Positions 25,449 to 41,300 are shown, counted from the stretch's first letter. The stretch: 64,000 nucleotides of DNA from Eledone cirrhosa (GCA_964016885.1 OZ024742.1:163494001-163558000), one strand, 5' to 3'. The notes: generated from the sequence alone by a model not told the origin. Made by a program: numbers and translations.

Positions 25449-28400
25449 CCCCTGATTTTTTTTACAATCTCCGCCTGATTTTTTAAAAAATTATCTTCCC
25501 TTGGCTGGCGGGAAATTATCTCGCCTTGGACGGCTGGAAATTATCTCCCCTTGGAAGGATGGAAATTATCTCCCCTTGGACGGCTGGAAATTATCTCCCC
25601 TTGCACGGCTGAAAATTATCTCCCCTTGGACAGCTGGAAATTATCTGTCCTTGATTTTGTTTTTATAAATTATCTCCCCCTGATTTTTTTTACAAATTAT
25701 CTCCACCTGATTTTTTAAAAAATTATCTCCCCTTGGACTGCTGGAAATTAACTCGCCTTGGCTCGAAATTATCTCCCCTTGGACGGCTAGAAATTATCTC
25801 TCTTTGGACGGCTGGAAATTATCTCCCTTTGATTTTTTTTACAAATTATCTCCCCCTGATTTTTTTTACAAATCTCCCCCTGATTTTAAAAAAAAAATTA
25901 TCTCCCCTTCGCTGGCTGGAAATTATCTCCCCTTGGACACTGGAAATTATAGCCCCTTGGAGGGCTGGAAATTATCTTCCCTTGGACGGCTGGAAATTAT
26001 CTCTCCTTGATTTTTTTTACAAATTATCTCCCCCTGATTTTTTTTTACAAATTATCTCCCCCTGATTTTTTTTTACAAATTATCTCCCCCTGATTTTTTT
26101 TACAAATTATCTCCGCATGATTTTTTTAAAAAAATTATCTCCCCTTGGACGGCTGGAAATTATCTCCCCTTGGACGGCTGGAAATTATCTCCCCTTGGAC
26201 GACTAGAAATTATCTCTCCTTGGACGACTGAAAATTATCTCCCCTTGGACGGCTGCATATTATCTCCCCTTGATTTTTTTTACAAATTATCTCCGCCTGA
26301 TTTTTTTTTTAAATTATCTCCCCTTGGACGGCTGGAAATTATCTCCCCTTGGACGGCTGGAAATTATCTCCCCTTGGACGGCTAGAAATTACCTCTCCTT
26401 GGACGGCTGAAAATTATCTCCCCTTGATTTTTTTTACAAATTATCTCCCCCTGTTTTTTTTTTACAAATTATCTCCCCCTGATTTTTTTTTACAAATTAT
26501 CTCCGCCTGATTTTTTTTTAAATTATATCTCCTTGGACGGCTGGAAATTATCTCCCCTTGATTTTTTTTACAAATTATCTCCCCCTGATTTTTTTTTACA
26601 AATTATCTCCCCCTGATTTTTTTTTACAAATTATCTAGCCCTGATTTTTTTTTACAAATTATCTCCCCCTGATTTTTTTACAAATTATCTCCCCCTGATT
26701 TTTTTTTACAAATTATCTCCCCTTGATTTTTTAAGAAATTATCTCCCCCTGATTTTTTTTACAAATTATCTCCCCCTGATTTTTTTACAAATTATCTCCC
26801 CTTGGCTGGCTGGAAATTATCTCCCCTTGGACGGCTGAAAATTATCTCCCCTTGGACGGCTGGAAATTATCTCCCCTTGATTTTTTTACAAATTATCTCC
26901 CCCTGATTTTTTTTTACAAATTATCTCCCCCTGATTTTTTTTTACAAATTATCTCCCCCTGATTTTTTTTTACAAATTATCTCCCCCTGATTTTTTTTAC
27001 AAATTATCCCCCCCTGATTTTTTTACAAATTATCTCCCCTTGGCTGGCTGGAAATTATCTCCCCTTGGAGGCTGGAATTTATCTCCCCTTGGACGGCTAG
27101 AAATTACCTCTCCTTGGACGGCTGGAAAATATGTCTACTTGGACGGCTGGATATTATCTCCCCTTGGACGGCTGGAAATTATCTCCCCTTGGACCGCTAG
27201 ATATTACCTCCCCTTGGACGGCTGGAAATTATCTCCCCTTGATTTTTTTTACAAATTATCTCCCCCTGATTTTTTTTACAAATCTCCCAATGATTTTTTT
27301 AAAAAAATTATCTCCCCTTCGCTGGCTGGAAATTATCTCCCCTTGGACGCTGGAAATTATAGCCCCTTGGAGGGCTGGAAATTATCTTCCCTTGGACGGC
27401 TGGAAATTATCTCCCCTTGATTTTTTTTACAAATTATCTCCGCCTGATTTTTCTTTTAAAATTATCTCCCCTTGGACGGCTGGAAATTATCTCCCCTTGG
27501 ACGGCTGGAAATTATCTCCCCTTGGACGGCTAGAAATTACCTCTCCTTGGACGGCTGAAAATTATCTCCCCTTGGACGGCTGGAAATTATCTCCCCTTGA
27601 TTTTTTTACAAATTATCTCCCCCTGATTTTTTTTTACAAATTATCTCCGCCTGATTTTTTTTTAAAATTATCTCTCCTTGGACGGCTGGAAATTATCTCC
27701 CCTTGATTTTTTTTACAAATTATCTCCCCCTGATTTTTTTTACAAATTATCTCCCCCTGATTTTTTTTTACAAATTATCTACCCCTGATTTTTTTTTACA
27801 AATTATCTCCCGCTGATTTTTTTTACAAATTATCTCCCCCTGATTTTTTTTTTACAAATTATCTCCCCCTGATTTTTTTACAAATTATCTCCCCTTGGCT
27901 GGCTGGAAATTATCTCCCCTTGGAGGCTGGAATTTATCTCCCCTTGGACGGCTAGAAATTACCTCTCCTTGGAAGGCTGGAAAATATGTCTCCTTGGACG
28001 GCTGGATATTATCTAGCCTTGGACGGCTGGAAATTGTCTCCCCTTGGACGGCTGGAAATTATCTCCCCTTCGACGGCTAGATATTACCTCCCCTTGGACG
28101 GCTGGAAATTATCTCCCCTTGATTTTTTTTACAAATTATCTCCCCCTGATTTTTTTTTACAAATTATCTCCCCCTGATTTTTTTTTACAAATTATCTCCC
28201 CCTGATTTTTTTTTTACAAATTATCGCCCCCCTGATTTTTTTACAATCTCCGCCTGATTTTTTTAAAAATTATCTTCCCTTGGCTGGCGGGAAATTATCT
28301 CCCCTTGGACGGCTGGAAATTATATCCCCTTGGAAGGATGGAAATTATCTCCCCTTGGACGGCTGGAAATTATCTCCCCTTGGACGGCTGGAAATTATCT

Positions 28401-31400
28401 CCCCTTGGACAGCTGGAAATTATCTGCCCTTGATTTTGTTTTTACAAATTATCTCCCCCTGATTTTTTTTACAAATTATCTCCACCTGATTTTTTAAAAA
28501 ATTATCTCCCCTTGGACGGCAGTAAATTATCTCTCCTTGGCTGGAAATGATCTCCCCTTGGACGGCTAGAAATTATCTCTATTTGGACGGCTGGAAATTA
28601 TCTCCCTTTGATTTTTTTTACAAATTATGTCCCCCTGATTTTTTAAAAAAATTATCTCTCCTTGGACGGCTGGAAATTATCTCCCCTTGATTTTTTTTAC
28701 AAATTATCTCCCCCTGATTTTTTTTTACAAATTATCTCCCCCTGATTTTTTTTTACAAATTATCTACCCCTGATTTTTTTTTACAAATTATCTCCCCCTG
28801 ATTTTTTTTACAAATTATCTCCCCCTGATTTTTTTACAAATTATCTCCCCCTGATTTTTTTACAAATTATCTCCCCCTGATTTTTTTTACAAATTATCTC
28901 CGCCTAATTTTTTTAAATATTATCTTCCCTTGGCTGGCGGGAAATTATCTCCCCTTGGACGGCTGAATATTATCTCCCCTTGGACGGCTGGAAATTATCT
29001 CCCCTTGATTTTTTTTACAAATTATCTCCCCCTGATTATTTTTTACAAATTATCTCCCCCTGATTTTTTTTTACAAATTATCTCCCCCTGATTTTTTTTA
29101 CAAATTATCTCCCCCTGATTTTTTTACAAATTATCTCCCCTTGGCTGGCTGGAAATTATCTCCCCTTGGAGGCTGGAATTTATCTCCCCTTGGACGGCTG
29201 GAAATTATCTCTCCTTGGACGGCTAGAAATTACCTCTCCTTGGACGGCTGGAAAATATGTCTCCTTGGACGGCTGGAAATTATCTCCCCTTCGACGGCTG
29301 GAAATTATCTCCCCTTGGACGGCTGGAAATTATCTCTCCTTGGACGGCTAGAAATTACCTCTCCTTGGACGGCTGAAAATTATCTCCCCTTGGCTGGCTG
29401 GAAATTATCTCCCCTTGGAGGCTGGAATTTATCTCCCCTTGGACGGCTAGAAATTACCTCGCCTTGGACGGCTGGAAAATATGTCTCCTTGGACGGCTGG
29501 AAATTATCTCCCCTTGGACGGCTGGAAATTATCTCCCCTTGGACGGCTAGATATTACCTCCCCTTGGACGGCTGGAAATTATCTCCCCTTGATTTTTTTT
29601 TACAAATTATCTCCCCCTGATTTTTTTTTACAAATTATCTCCCCCTGATTTTTTTTTACGAATTATCTCCCCCTGATTTTTTTTACAAATTATCTCCGCC
29701 TGATTTTTTTTAAAAAATTATCTCCCCTTGGACGGCTGGAAATTATCTCCCCTTGATTTTTTTTACAAATTATCTCCCCCTGATTTTTTTTTACAAATTA
29801 TCTCCCCCTGATTTTTTTTTACAAATTATCTACCCCTGATTTTTTTTTACAAATTATCTCCCCCTGATTTTTTTTACAAATTATCTCCCCCTGATTTTTT
29901 TTTTACAAATTATCTTCGCCTGATTTTTTTAAAAAAATTATCTCCCCTTGGACGGCTGGAAATTATCTCCCCTTGGACGGCTGGAAATTATCTCCCCTTG
30001 GACGGCTAGAAATTACCTCTACTTGGACGGCTGAAAATTATCTCCCCTTGGACGGCTGCAAATTATCTCCCCTTGATTTTTTTTACAAATTATCTCCCCC
30101 TGATTTTTTTTTACAAATTATCTCCCCTTGATTTTTTTTCTACAAATTATCTCCCCCTGATTTTTTTTACAATCTCCGCCTGATTTTTTAAAAAATTATC
30201 TTTCCTTGGCTGGCGGGAAATTATCTCCCCTTGGACGGCTGGAAATTATCTCCCCTTGGAAGGATGGAAATTATCTCCCCTTGGACGGTTGGAAATTATC
30301 TCCCCTTGCACGGCTGGAAATTATCTCCCCTTGGACAGCTGGAAATTATCTGCCCTTGATTTTGTTTTTACAAATTATCTCCCCCTGATTTTTTTTACAA
30401 ATTATCTCCACCTGATTTTTTAAAAAATTATCTCCCCTTGGACGGCTGGAAATTATCTCCCCTTGGCTGGAAATTATCTCTCCTTGGACGGCTGGAAATT
30501 ATCTCCCTTTGATTTTTTTTACAAATTATCTCCCTCTGAATTTTTACAAATTTCCCCCTGATTTAAAAAAAAAAATTATCTCCCCTTCGCTGGCTGGAAA
30601 TTATCTCCCCTTGGACACTGGAAATTATAGCCCCTTGGAGGGCTGGAAATTATCTTCCCTTGGACGGCTGGAAATTATCTCCCCTTGATTTTTTTTACAA
30701 ATTATCTCCCCCTGATTTTTTTTTACAAATTATCTACCCCTGATTTTTTTTTACAAATTATCTCCCCCTGATTTTTTTTACAAATTATCTCCCCCTGATT
30801 TTTTTTACAAATTATCTCCCCCTGATTTTTTTACAAATTATCTCCCCCTGATTTTTTTTACAAATTATCTCCGCCTAATTTTTTTAAATATTATCTTCCC
30901 TTGGCTGGCGGGAAATTATCTCCCCTTGGACGGCTGAAAATTATCTCCCCTTGGACGGCTGGAAATTATCTCCCCTTGATTTTTTTACAAATTATCTCCC
31001 CCTGATTATTTTTTACAAATTATCTCCCCCTGATTTTTTTTACAAATTATCTCCCCCTGATTTTTTTTTTACAAGTTATCTCCGCCTGATTTTTTTTACA
31101 AATTATCTCCCCCTGATTTTTTTACAAATTATCTCCCCCTGATTTTTTTTACAAATTATCTCCGCCTAATTTTTTTAAATATTATCTTCCCTTGGCTGGC
31201 GGGAAATTATCTCCCCTTGGACGGCTAGAAATTACCTCTCCTTGGACGACTGAAAATTATCTCCCCTTGGACAGCTGCAAATTATCTCCCCTTGATTTTT
31301 TTTACAAATTATCTCCGCCTGATTTTTTTTTAAAAATTATCTCCCCTTGGACGGCTGGAAATTATCTCCCCTTGGACGGCTGGAAATTGTCTCCCCTTGG

Positions 31401-34400
31401 ACGGCTAGAAATTACCTCTCCTTGGACGGCTGAAAATTATCTCCCCTTGGACGGCTGGAAATTATCTCCCCTTGATTTTTTTACAAATTATCTCCCCCTG
31501 ATATTTTTTTACAAATTATCTTTCCCTGATTTTTTTTTACAAATTATCTCCCCCTGATTTTTTTTTACAAATTATCGCCCCCTGATTTTTTTTTACAAAT
31601 TATCTTCCCCTGATTTTTTTTTTACAAATTATCTCCCCCTGATTTTTTTACAAATTATCTCCCCCTGATTTTTTTTACAATCTCCGCCTGATTTTTTTAA
31701 AAATTATCTTCCCTTGGCTGGCGGGAAATTATCTCCCCTTGGACGGCTGGAAATTATCTCCCCTTGGACGGCTGGAAATTATCTCCCCTTGGACGGCTAG
31801 AAATTACCTCTCCTTGGACGGCTGAAAATTATCTCCCCTTGGACGGCTGCAAATTATCTCCCCTTGATTTCTTTTACAAATTATCTCCCCCTGATTTTTT
31901 TTTACAAATTATCTCCCCCTGATTTTTTTTTACAAATTATCTACCCCTGATTTTTTTTACAAATTATCTCCCCCTGATTTTTTTTTACAAATTATCTAAC
32001 CCTAATTTTTTTTTACAAATTATCTCCCCCTGATTTTTTTTTTACAAATTATCTCCCCCTGATTTTTTTACAAATTATCTCCCCCTGATTTTTTTTACAT
32101 TCTCCGCCTGAGTTTTTTAAAAATTATCTTCCCTTGGCTGGCGGGAAATTATCTCCCCTTGGACGGCTGGAAATTATCTCCCCTTGGAAGGATGGAAATT
32201 ATCTCCCCTTGGATGGCTGGAAATTATCTCCCCTTGCACGGCTGGAAATTATCTCCCCTTGGCTGGAAATTATCTCCCCTTGGACGGCTGAAAATTATCT
32301 CCCCTTGGACGGCTGGAAATTATCTCCCCTTGATTTTTTTTACAAATTATCTCCCCCTGATTTTTTTTACAAATTATCTCCCCCTGATTTTTTTACAAAT
32401 TATCTCCCCCTGATTTTTTTACAAATTATCTCCCCTTGGCTGGCTGGAAATTATCTCCCATTGGAGGCTGGAATTTATCTCCCCTTGGACGGCTAGAAAT
32501 TACCTCTCCTTGGACGGCTGGAAAATATGTCTCCTTGGACGGCTGGATATTATCTGCCCTTGGACGGCTGGAAATTATCTCCCCTTGGACGGCTGGAAAT
32601 TATCTCCCCTTGGACGGCTAGATATTACCTCCCCTTGGACGGCTGGAAATTATCTCCCCTTGATTTTTTTTACAAATTATCTCCCCCTGATTTTTTTACA
32701 AATTATCTCCCCCTGATTTTTTTTACAATCTCCGCCTGATTTTTTAAAAAATTATCTTCCCTTGGCTGGCGGGAAATTATCTCGCCTTGGACGGCTGGAA
32801 ATTATCTCCCCTTGGAAGGATGGAAATTATCTCCCCTTGGACGGCTGGAAATTATCTCCCCTTGCACGGCTGAAAATTATCTCCCCTTGGACAGCTGGAA
32901 ATTATCTGTCCTTGATTTTGTTTTTATAAATTATCTCCCCCTGATTTTTTTTACAAATTATCTCCACCTGATTTTTTAAAAAATTATCTCCCCTTGGACG
33001 GCTGGAAATTAACTCGCCTTGGCTCGAAATTATCTCCCCTTGGACGGCTAGAAATTATCTCTCTTTGGACGGCTGGAAATTATCTCCCTTTGATTTTTTT
33101 TACAAATTATCTCCCCCTGATTTTTTTTACAAATCTCCCCCTGATTTTTAAAAAAAAATTATCTCCCCTTCGCTGGCTGGAAATTATCTCCCCTTGGACA
33201 CTGGAAATTATAGCCCCTTGGAGGGCTGGAAATTATCTTCCCTTGGACGGCTGGAAATTATCTCTCCTTGATTTTTTTTACAAATTATCTCCCCCTGATT
33301 TTTTTTTACAAATTATCTCCCCCTGATTTTTTTTTACAAATTATCTCCCCCTGATTTTTTTTACAAATTATCTCCGCATGATTTTTTTAAAAAAATTATC
33401 TCCCCTTGGACGGCTGGAAATTATCTCCCCTTGGACGGCTGGAAATTATCTCCCCTTGGACGACTAGAAATTACCTCTCCTTGGACGACTGAAAATTATC
33501 TCCCCTTGGACGGCTGCAAATTATCTCCCCTTGATTTTTTTTACAAATTATCTCCGCCTGATTTTTTTTTTAAATTATCTCCCCTTGGACGGCTGGAAAT
33601 TATCTCCCCTTGGACGGCTAGAAATTACCTCTCCTTGGACGGCTGAAAATTATCTCCCCTTGATTTTTTTTACAAATTATCTCCCCCTGTTTTTTTTTTA
33701 CAAATTATCTCCCCCTGATTTTTTTTTACAAATTATCTCCGCCTGATTTTTTTTTAAATTATATCTCCTTGGACGGCTGGAAATTATCTCCCCTTGATTT
33801 TTTTTACAAATTATCTCCCCCTGATTTTTTTTTACAAATTATCTCCCCCTGATTTTTTTTTACAAATTATCTAGCCCTGATTTTTTTTTACAAATTATCT
33901 CCCCCTGATTTTTTTACAAATTATCTCCCCCTGATTTTTTTTTTACAAATTATCTCCCCTTGATTTTTTAACAAATTATCTCCCCCTGATTTTTTTTACA
34001 AATTATCTCCCCCTGATTTTTTTACAAATTATCTCCCCTTGGCTGGCTGGAAATTATCTCCCCTTGGACGGCTGAAAATTATCTCCCCTTGGACGGCTGG
34101 AAATTATCTCCCCTTGATTTTTTTACAAATTATCTCCCCCTGATTTTTTTTTACAAATTATCTCCCCCTGATTTTTTTTTACAAATTATCTCCCCCTGAT
34201 TTTTTTTTACAAATTATCTCCCCCTGATTTTTTTTACAAATTATCCCCCCTGATTTTTTTACAAATTATCTCCCCTTGGCTGGCTGGAAATTATCTCCCC
34301 TTGGAGGCTGGAATTTATCTCCCCTTGGACGGCTAGAAATTATCTCTCCTTGGACGGCTGGAAAATATGTCTACTTGGACGGCTGGATATTATCTCCCCT

Positions 34401-34870
34401 TGGACGGCTGGAAATTATCTCCCCTTGGACCGCTAGATATTACCTCCCCTTGGACGGCTGGAAATTATGTCCCCTTGGCTGGCGGGAAATTATCTCCCCT
34501 TGGACGGCTGGAAATTATATCCCCTTGGAAGGATGGAAATTATCTCCCCTTGGACGGCTGGAAATTATCTCCCCTTGGACGGCTGGAAATTATCTCCCCT
34601 TCGACAGCTGGAAATTATCTGCCCTTGATTTTGTTTTTACAAATTATCTCCCCCTGATTTTTTTTACAAATTATCTCCACCTGATTTTTTAAAAAATTAT
34701 CTCCCCTTGGACGGCAGTAAATTATCTCTCCTTGGACGGCTAGAAATTATCTCTATTTGGACGGCTGGAAATTATCTCCCTTTGATTTTTTTTACAAATT
34801 ATCTCCCCCTGATTTTTTTTTAAAATTATCTCTCCTTGGACGGCTGGAAATTATCTCCCCTTGATTTTTT
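22500..34870 (+). repeat. Older imperfect tandem duplication, period ~6.9-7.3 kb (~22.5-28.7 kb vs ~29.4-34.9 kb) with whole-monomer indels
   Basis: Offsets: 23314->30206 (6892), 24329->31192 (6863), 25201->32436 (7235), 25733->32994 (7261), 27040->34276 (7236). Shared rare variants include AACTCGCCTTGGCTCGAAA and CTAGCCCTG. Confidence 0.85.
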
Positions 34871-35324
34871 TTACAAATTATCTCCCCCTGATTTTTTTTA
34901 CAAATTATCTCCCCCTGATATTTTTTACAAATTATCTCCCCCTGATTTTTTTTACAAATTATCTCCCCTTGGCAGGCTGGAAATTATCTCCCCTTGGAGG
35001 CTGGAATTTATCTCCCCTTGGACGGCTAGAAATTACCTCGGCTTGGACGGCTGGAAAATATGTCTCCTTGGACGGCTGGAAATTATCTCCCCTTGGACGG
35101 CTGGAAATTATCTCCCCTTGGACGGCTGGAAATTATCTCCCCTTGGACGGCTAGATATTACCTCCCCTTGGACGGCTGGAAATTATCTCCCCTTGATTTT
35201 TTTTTACAAATTATCTCCCCCTGATTTTTTTTTACAAATTATCTCCCCCTGATTTTTTTTTACGAATTATCTCCCCCTGATTTTTTTTTACAAATTATCT
35301 CCGCCTGATTTTTTTTAAAAAATT

Positions 35325-38300
35325 ATCTCCCCTTGGACGGCTGGAAATTATCTCCCCTTGGACGGCTGGAAATTATCTCCCCTTGGACGGCTAGAAATTA
35401 CCTCTCCTTGGACGGCTGAAAATTATCTCCCCTTGGACGGCTGCAAATTATCTCCCCTTGATTTTTTTAACAAATTATCTCCCCCTGATTTTTTTTTACA
35501 AATTATCTCCCCCTGATTTTTTTTTACAAATTATCTACGCCTAATTTTTTTTACAAATTATCTCCCCCTGATTTTTTTTCACAAATTATCTCCCCCTGAT
35601 TTTTTTTACAAATTATCTCCCCCTGATTTTTTTACAAATTATCTCCCCCCTGATTTTTATTACAATCTCCGCCTGATTTTTAAAAAAATTATCTTCCCTT
35701 GGTTGGCGGGAAATTATCTCCCCTTGGACGGCTGGAAATTATATCCCCTTGGAAGGATGGAAATTATCTCCCCTTGGACGGCTGGAAATTATCTCCCCTT
35801 GGACGGCTGGAAATTATCTCCCCTTGGACAGCTGGAAATTATCTGCCCTTGATTTTGTTTTTACAAATTATCTCCCCCTGATTTTTTTTACAAATTATCT
35901 CCACCTGATTTTTTAAAAAATTATCTCCCCTTGGACGGCTGGAAATTATCTCCCCTTGGCTCGAAATTATCTCCCCTTGGACGGCTAGAAATTATCTCTC
36001 TTTGGACGGCTGGAAATTATCTCCCTTTGATTTTTTTTACAAATTATCTCCCCCTGATTTTTTTTTACAAATCTCCCCCTGATTTTTTAAAAAAAATTAT
36101 CTCCCCTTCGCTGGCTGGAAATTATCTCCCCTTGGACACTGGAAATTATAGCCCCTTGGAGGGCTGGAAATTATCTTCCCTTGGACGGCTGGAAATTATC
36201 ACTCCTTGATTTTTTTACAAATTATCTCCCCCTGATTTTTTTTTACAAATTATCCCCCCCGATTTTTTTTACAAATTATCTCCCCCTGATTTTTTTTACA
36301 AATTATCTCCCCTTGGACGGCTGGAAATTATCTCCCCTTGGACGGCTGGAAATTATCTCCCCTTGGACGGCTAGAAATTACCTCTCCTTGGACGACTGAA
36401 AATTATCTCCCCTTGGACGGCTGCAAATTATCTCCCCTTGATTTTTTTTACAAATTATCTACCCCTGATTTTTTTTTACAAATTATCTCCCCCTGATTTT
36501 TTTTACAAATAAACTCCCCCTGATTATTTTTTACAAATTATCTCCCCCTGATTTTTTTTTACAAATTACCTCCCCCTGATTTTTTTTACAAATTATCTCC
36601 CCCTGATTTTTTTACAAATTATCTCCCCTTGGCTGGCTGGAAATTATCTCCCCTTGGAGGCTGGAATTTATCTCCCCTTGGACGGCTGGAAATTATCTCT
36701 CCTTGGATGGCTAGAAATTACCTCTCCTTGGACGGCTGGAAAATATGTCTCCTTGGACGGCTGGAAATTATCTCCCCTTGGACGGCTGGAAATTATCTCC
36801 CCTTGGACGGCTGGAAATTATCTCTCCTTGGACGGCTAGAAATTACCTCTCCTTGGACGGCTGAAAATTATCTCCCCTTGGACGGCTGGAAATTATCTAC
36901 CCTTGATTTTTGTTACAAATTATCTCCCCCTGATTTTTTTTTACAAATTATCTCCCCCTGATTTTTTTTTACAAATTATCTTCCCCTGATTTTTTTTTAC
37001 AAATTATCTCCCCCTGATATTTTTTGCAAATTATCTCCCCCTGATTTTTTTACAAATTATCTCCCCTTGGCTGGCTGGAAATTATCTCCCCTTGGAGGCT
37101 TGAATTTATCTCCCCTTGGACGGTTAGAAATTACCTCTCCTTGGACGGCTAGAAAATATGTCTCCTTGGACGGCTGGAAATTATCTCCCCTTGGACGGCT
37201 GGAAATTATCTCCCCTTGGACGGCTGGAAATTATCTCCCCTTGGACGGCTAGATATTACCTCCCCTTGGACGGCTGGAAATTATCTCCCCTTGATTTTTT
37301 TTACAAATTATCTCCCCCTGATTTTTTTTTACGAATTATCTCCCCCTGATTTTTGTTTTACAAACTATCTCCGCCTGATTTTTTTTTAAAAATGATCTCC
37401 GCTTGGACGGCTGGAAATTATCTCCCCTTGGACGGCTGGAAATTATCTCCCCTTGGACGGCTAGAAATTACCTCTCCTTGGACGGCTGAAAATTATCTCC
37501 CCTTGGACGGCTGCAAATTATCTCCCCTTGATTTTTTTAACAAATTATCTCCCCCTGATTTTTTTTACAAATTATCTCTCCCTGATTTTTTTTTACAAAT
37601 TATCTACGCCTAATTTTTTTTACAAATTATCTCCCCCTGATTTTTTTTTACAAATTATCTCCCCCTGATTTTTTTTTACAAATTATCTCCCCCTGATTTT
37701 TTTTTTACAAATTATCTCCCCCCTGATTTTTTTTACAATCTCCGCCTGATTTTTTAAAAAATTATCTTCCCTTGGCTGGCGGGAAATTATCTCCCCTTGG
37801 ACGGCTGGAAATTATATCCCCTTGGAAGGATGGAAATTATCTCCCCTTGGACGGCTGGAAATTATCTCCCCTTGGACGGCTGGAAATTATCTCCCCTTGG
37901 ACAGCTGGAAATTATCTGCCCTTGATTTTGTTTTTACAAATTATCTCCCCCTGATTTTTAAAAAATTATCTCCCCTTGGACGGCAGTAAATTATCTCTCC
38001 TTGGCTGGAAATTATCTCCCCTTGGACGGCTAGAAATTATCTCTATTTGGACGGCTGGAAATTATCTCCCTTTGATTTTTTTTACAAATTATCTCCCCCT
38101 GATTTTTTTTAAAAATTATCTCTCCTTGGACGGCTGGAAATTATCTCCCCTTGATTTTTTTTACAAATTATCTCCCCCTGATTTTTTTTACAAATCTCCC
38201 CCTGATTTTTAAAAAAAAATTATCTCCCCTTCGCTGGCTGGAAATTATCTCCCCTTGGGCACTGGAAATTATAGCCCCTTGGAGGGCTGGAAATTATCTT

Positions 38301-41300
38301 CCCTTGGACGGCTGGAAATTATCTCTCCTTGATTTTTTTACAAATTATCTCCCCCTGATTTTTTTTTACAAATTATCCCCCCGATTTTTTTTACAAATTA
38401 TCTCCCCCTGATTTTTTTTACAAATTATCTCCCCTTGGACGGCTGGAAATTATCTCCCCTTGGACGGCTGGAAATTATCTCCCCTTGGACGGCTAGAAAT
38501 TACCTCTCCTTGGACGACTGAAAATTATCTCCTCTTGGACGGCTGCAAATTATCTCCCCTTGATTTTTTTTACAAATTATCTACCCCTGATTTTTTTTTA
38601 CAAATTATCTCCCCCTGATTTTTTTTACAAATTATCTCCCCCTGATTTTTTTACAAATTATCTCCCCCTGATTTTTTTACAAATTATCTCCCCCTGATTT
38701 TTTTTACAAATTATCTCCGCCTAATTTTTTTAAATATTATCTTCCCTTGGCTGGCGGGAAATTATCTCCCCTTGGACGGCTGAAAATTATCTCCCCTTGG
38801 ACGGCTGGAAATTATCTCCCCTTGATTTTTTTTACAAATAAACTCCCCCTGATTATATTTTACAAATTATCTCCCCCTGATTTTTTTTTACAAATTATCT
38901 CCCCCTGATTTTTTTTACAAATTATCTCCCCCTGATTTTTTTACAAATTATCTCCCCTTGGCTGGCTGGAAATTATCTCCCCTTGGAGGCTGGAATTTAT
39001 CTCCCCTTGGACGGCTGGAAATTATCTCTCCTTGGACGGCTAGAAATTACCTCTCCTTGGACGGCTGGAAAATATGTCTCCTTGGACGGCTGGAAATTAT
39101 CTCCCCTTGCACGGCTGGAAATTATCTCCCCTTGGACGGCTGGAAATTATCTCTCCTTGGACGGCTAGAAATTACCTCTCCTTGGACGGCTGAAAATTAT
39201 CTCCCCTTGGACGGCTGGAAATTATCTCCCCTTGATTTTTGTTACAAATTATCTCCCCTGATTTTTTTTTACAAATTATCTCCCCCTGATTTTTTTTTAC
39301 AAATTATCTTCCCCTGATTTTTTATGACAAATTATCTCCCCCTGATATTTTTTACAAATTATCTCCCCCTGATTTTTTTACAAAGTATCTCCCCTTGGCT
39401 GGCTGGAAATTATCTCCCCTTGGAGGCTGGAATTTATCTCCCCTTGGACGGTTAGAAATTACCTCTCCTTGGACGGCAAGAAAATATGTCTCCTTGGACG
39501 GCTGGAAATTATCTCCCCTTGGACGGCTGGAAATTATCTCCCCTTGGACGGCTGGAAATTATCTCCCCTTGGACGGCTAGATATTACCTCCCCTTGGACG
39601 GCTGGAAATTATCTCCCCTTGATTTTTTTTACAAATTATCTCCCCCTGATTTTTTTTACAAATTATCTCCCCCTGATTTTTTTACAAATTATCTCCCCCT
39701 GATTTTTTTACAAATTATCTCCCCCTGATTTTTTTTACAAATTATCTCCCCATGATTTTTTTACAAATTATCTCCCCTTGGCTGGCTGGAAATTATCTCC
39801 CCTTGGAGGCTGGAATTTATCTCCCCTTGGACGGCTAGAAATTACCTCTCCTTGGACGGCTGGAAAATATGTCTCCTTGGACGGCTGGATATTATCTACC
39901 CTTGGACGGCTGGAAATTATCTCCCCTTGGACGGCTGGAAATTATCTCCCCTTGGACGGCTAGATATTACCTCCCCTTGGACGGCTGGAAATTATCTCCC
40001 CTTGATTTTTTTTACAAATTATCTACCCCTGATTTTTTTTACAAATTATCTCCCCCTGATTTTTTTACAAATTATCTCCCCATGATTTTTCTACAAATTA
40101 TCTCCGCCTAATTTTTTTAAATATTATCTTCCCTTGGCTGGCGGGAAATTATCTCCCCTTGGACGGCTGAAAATTATCTCCCCTTGGACGGCTGGAAATT
40201 ATCTCCCCTTGATTTTTTTTACAAATAAACTCCCCCTGATTATATTTTACAAATTATCTCCCCCTGATTTTTTTTACAAATTATCTCCCCCTGATTTTTT
40301 TACAAATTATCTCCCCTTGGCTGGCTGGAAATTATCTCCCCTTGGAGGCTGGAATTTATCTCCCCTTGGACGGCTGGAAATTATCTCTCCTTGGACGGCT
40401 AGAAATTACCTCTCCTTGGACGGCTGGAAAATAATTCTCCTTGGACGGCTGGAAATTATCTCCCCTTGCACGGCTGGAAATTATCTCCCCTTGGACGGCT
40501 GGAAATTATCTCTCCTTGGACGGCTAGAAATTACCTCTCCTTGGACGGCTGAAAATTATCTCCCCTTGGACGGCTGGAAATTATCTCCCCTTGATTTGTG
40601 TTACAAATTATCTCCCTCTGATTTTTTTTTACAAATTACCTCCCCCTGATTTTTTTTTACAAATTATCTCCCCCTGATATTTTTTACAAATTATCTCCCC
40701 CTGATTTTTTTACAAATTATCTCCCCTTGGCTGGCTGGAAATTATCTCCCCTTGGAGGCTGGAATTTATCTCCCCTTGGACGGTTAGAAATTACCTCTCC
40801 TTGGACGGCAAGAAAATATGTCTCCTTGGACGGCTGGAAATTATCTCCCCTTGGACGGCTGGAAATTATCTCCCCTTGGACGGCTGGAAATTATCTCCCC
40901 TTGGACGGCTAGATATTACCTCCCCTTGGACGGCTGGAAATTATCTCCCCTTGATTTTTTTTACAAATTATCTCCCCCTAATTTTTTTTACAAATTATCT
41001 CCCCCTGATTTTTTTTACGAATTATCTCCCCCTGATTTTTTTTTACAAACTATCTCCGCCTGATTTTTTTTTTAAAATGATCTCCCCTTGGACGGCTGGA
41101 AATTATCTCCCCTTGGACGGCTGGAAATTATCTCCCCTTGGACGGCTAGAAATTACCTCTCCTTGGACGGCTGAAAATTATCTCCCCTTGGACGGCTGCA
41201 AATTATCTCCCCTTGATTTTTTTAACAAATTATCTCCCCCTGATTTTTTTTACAAATTATCTCCCCCTGATTTTTTTTACAAATTATCTACGCCTAATTT

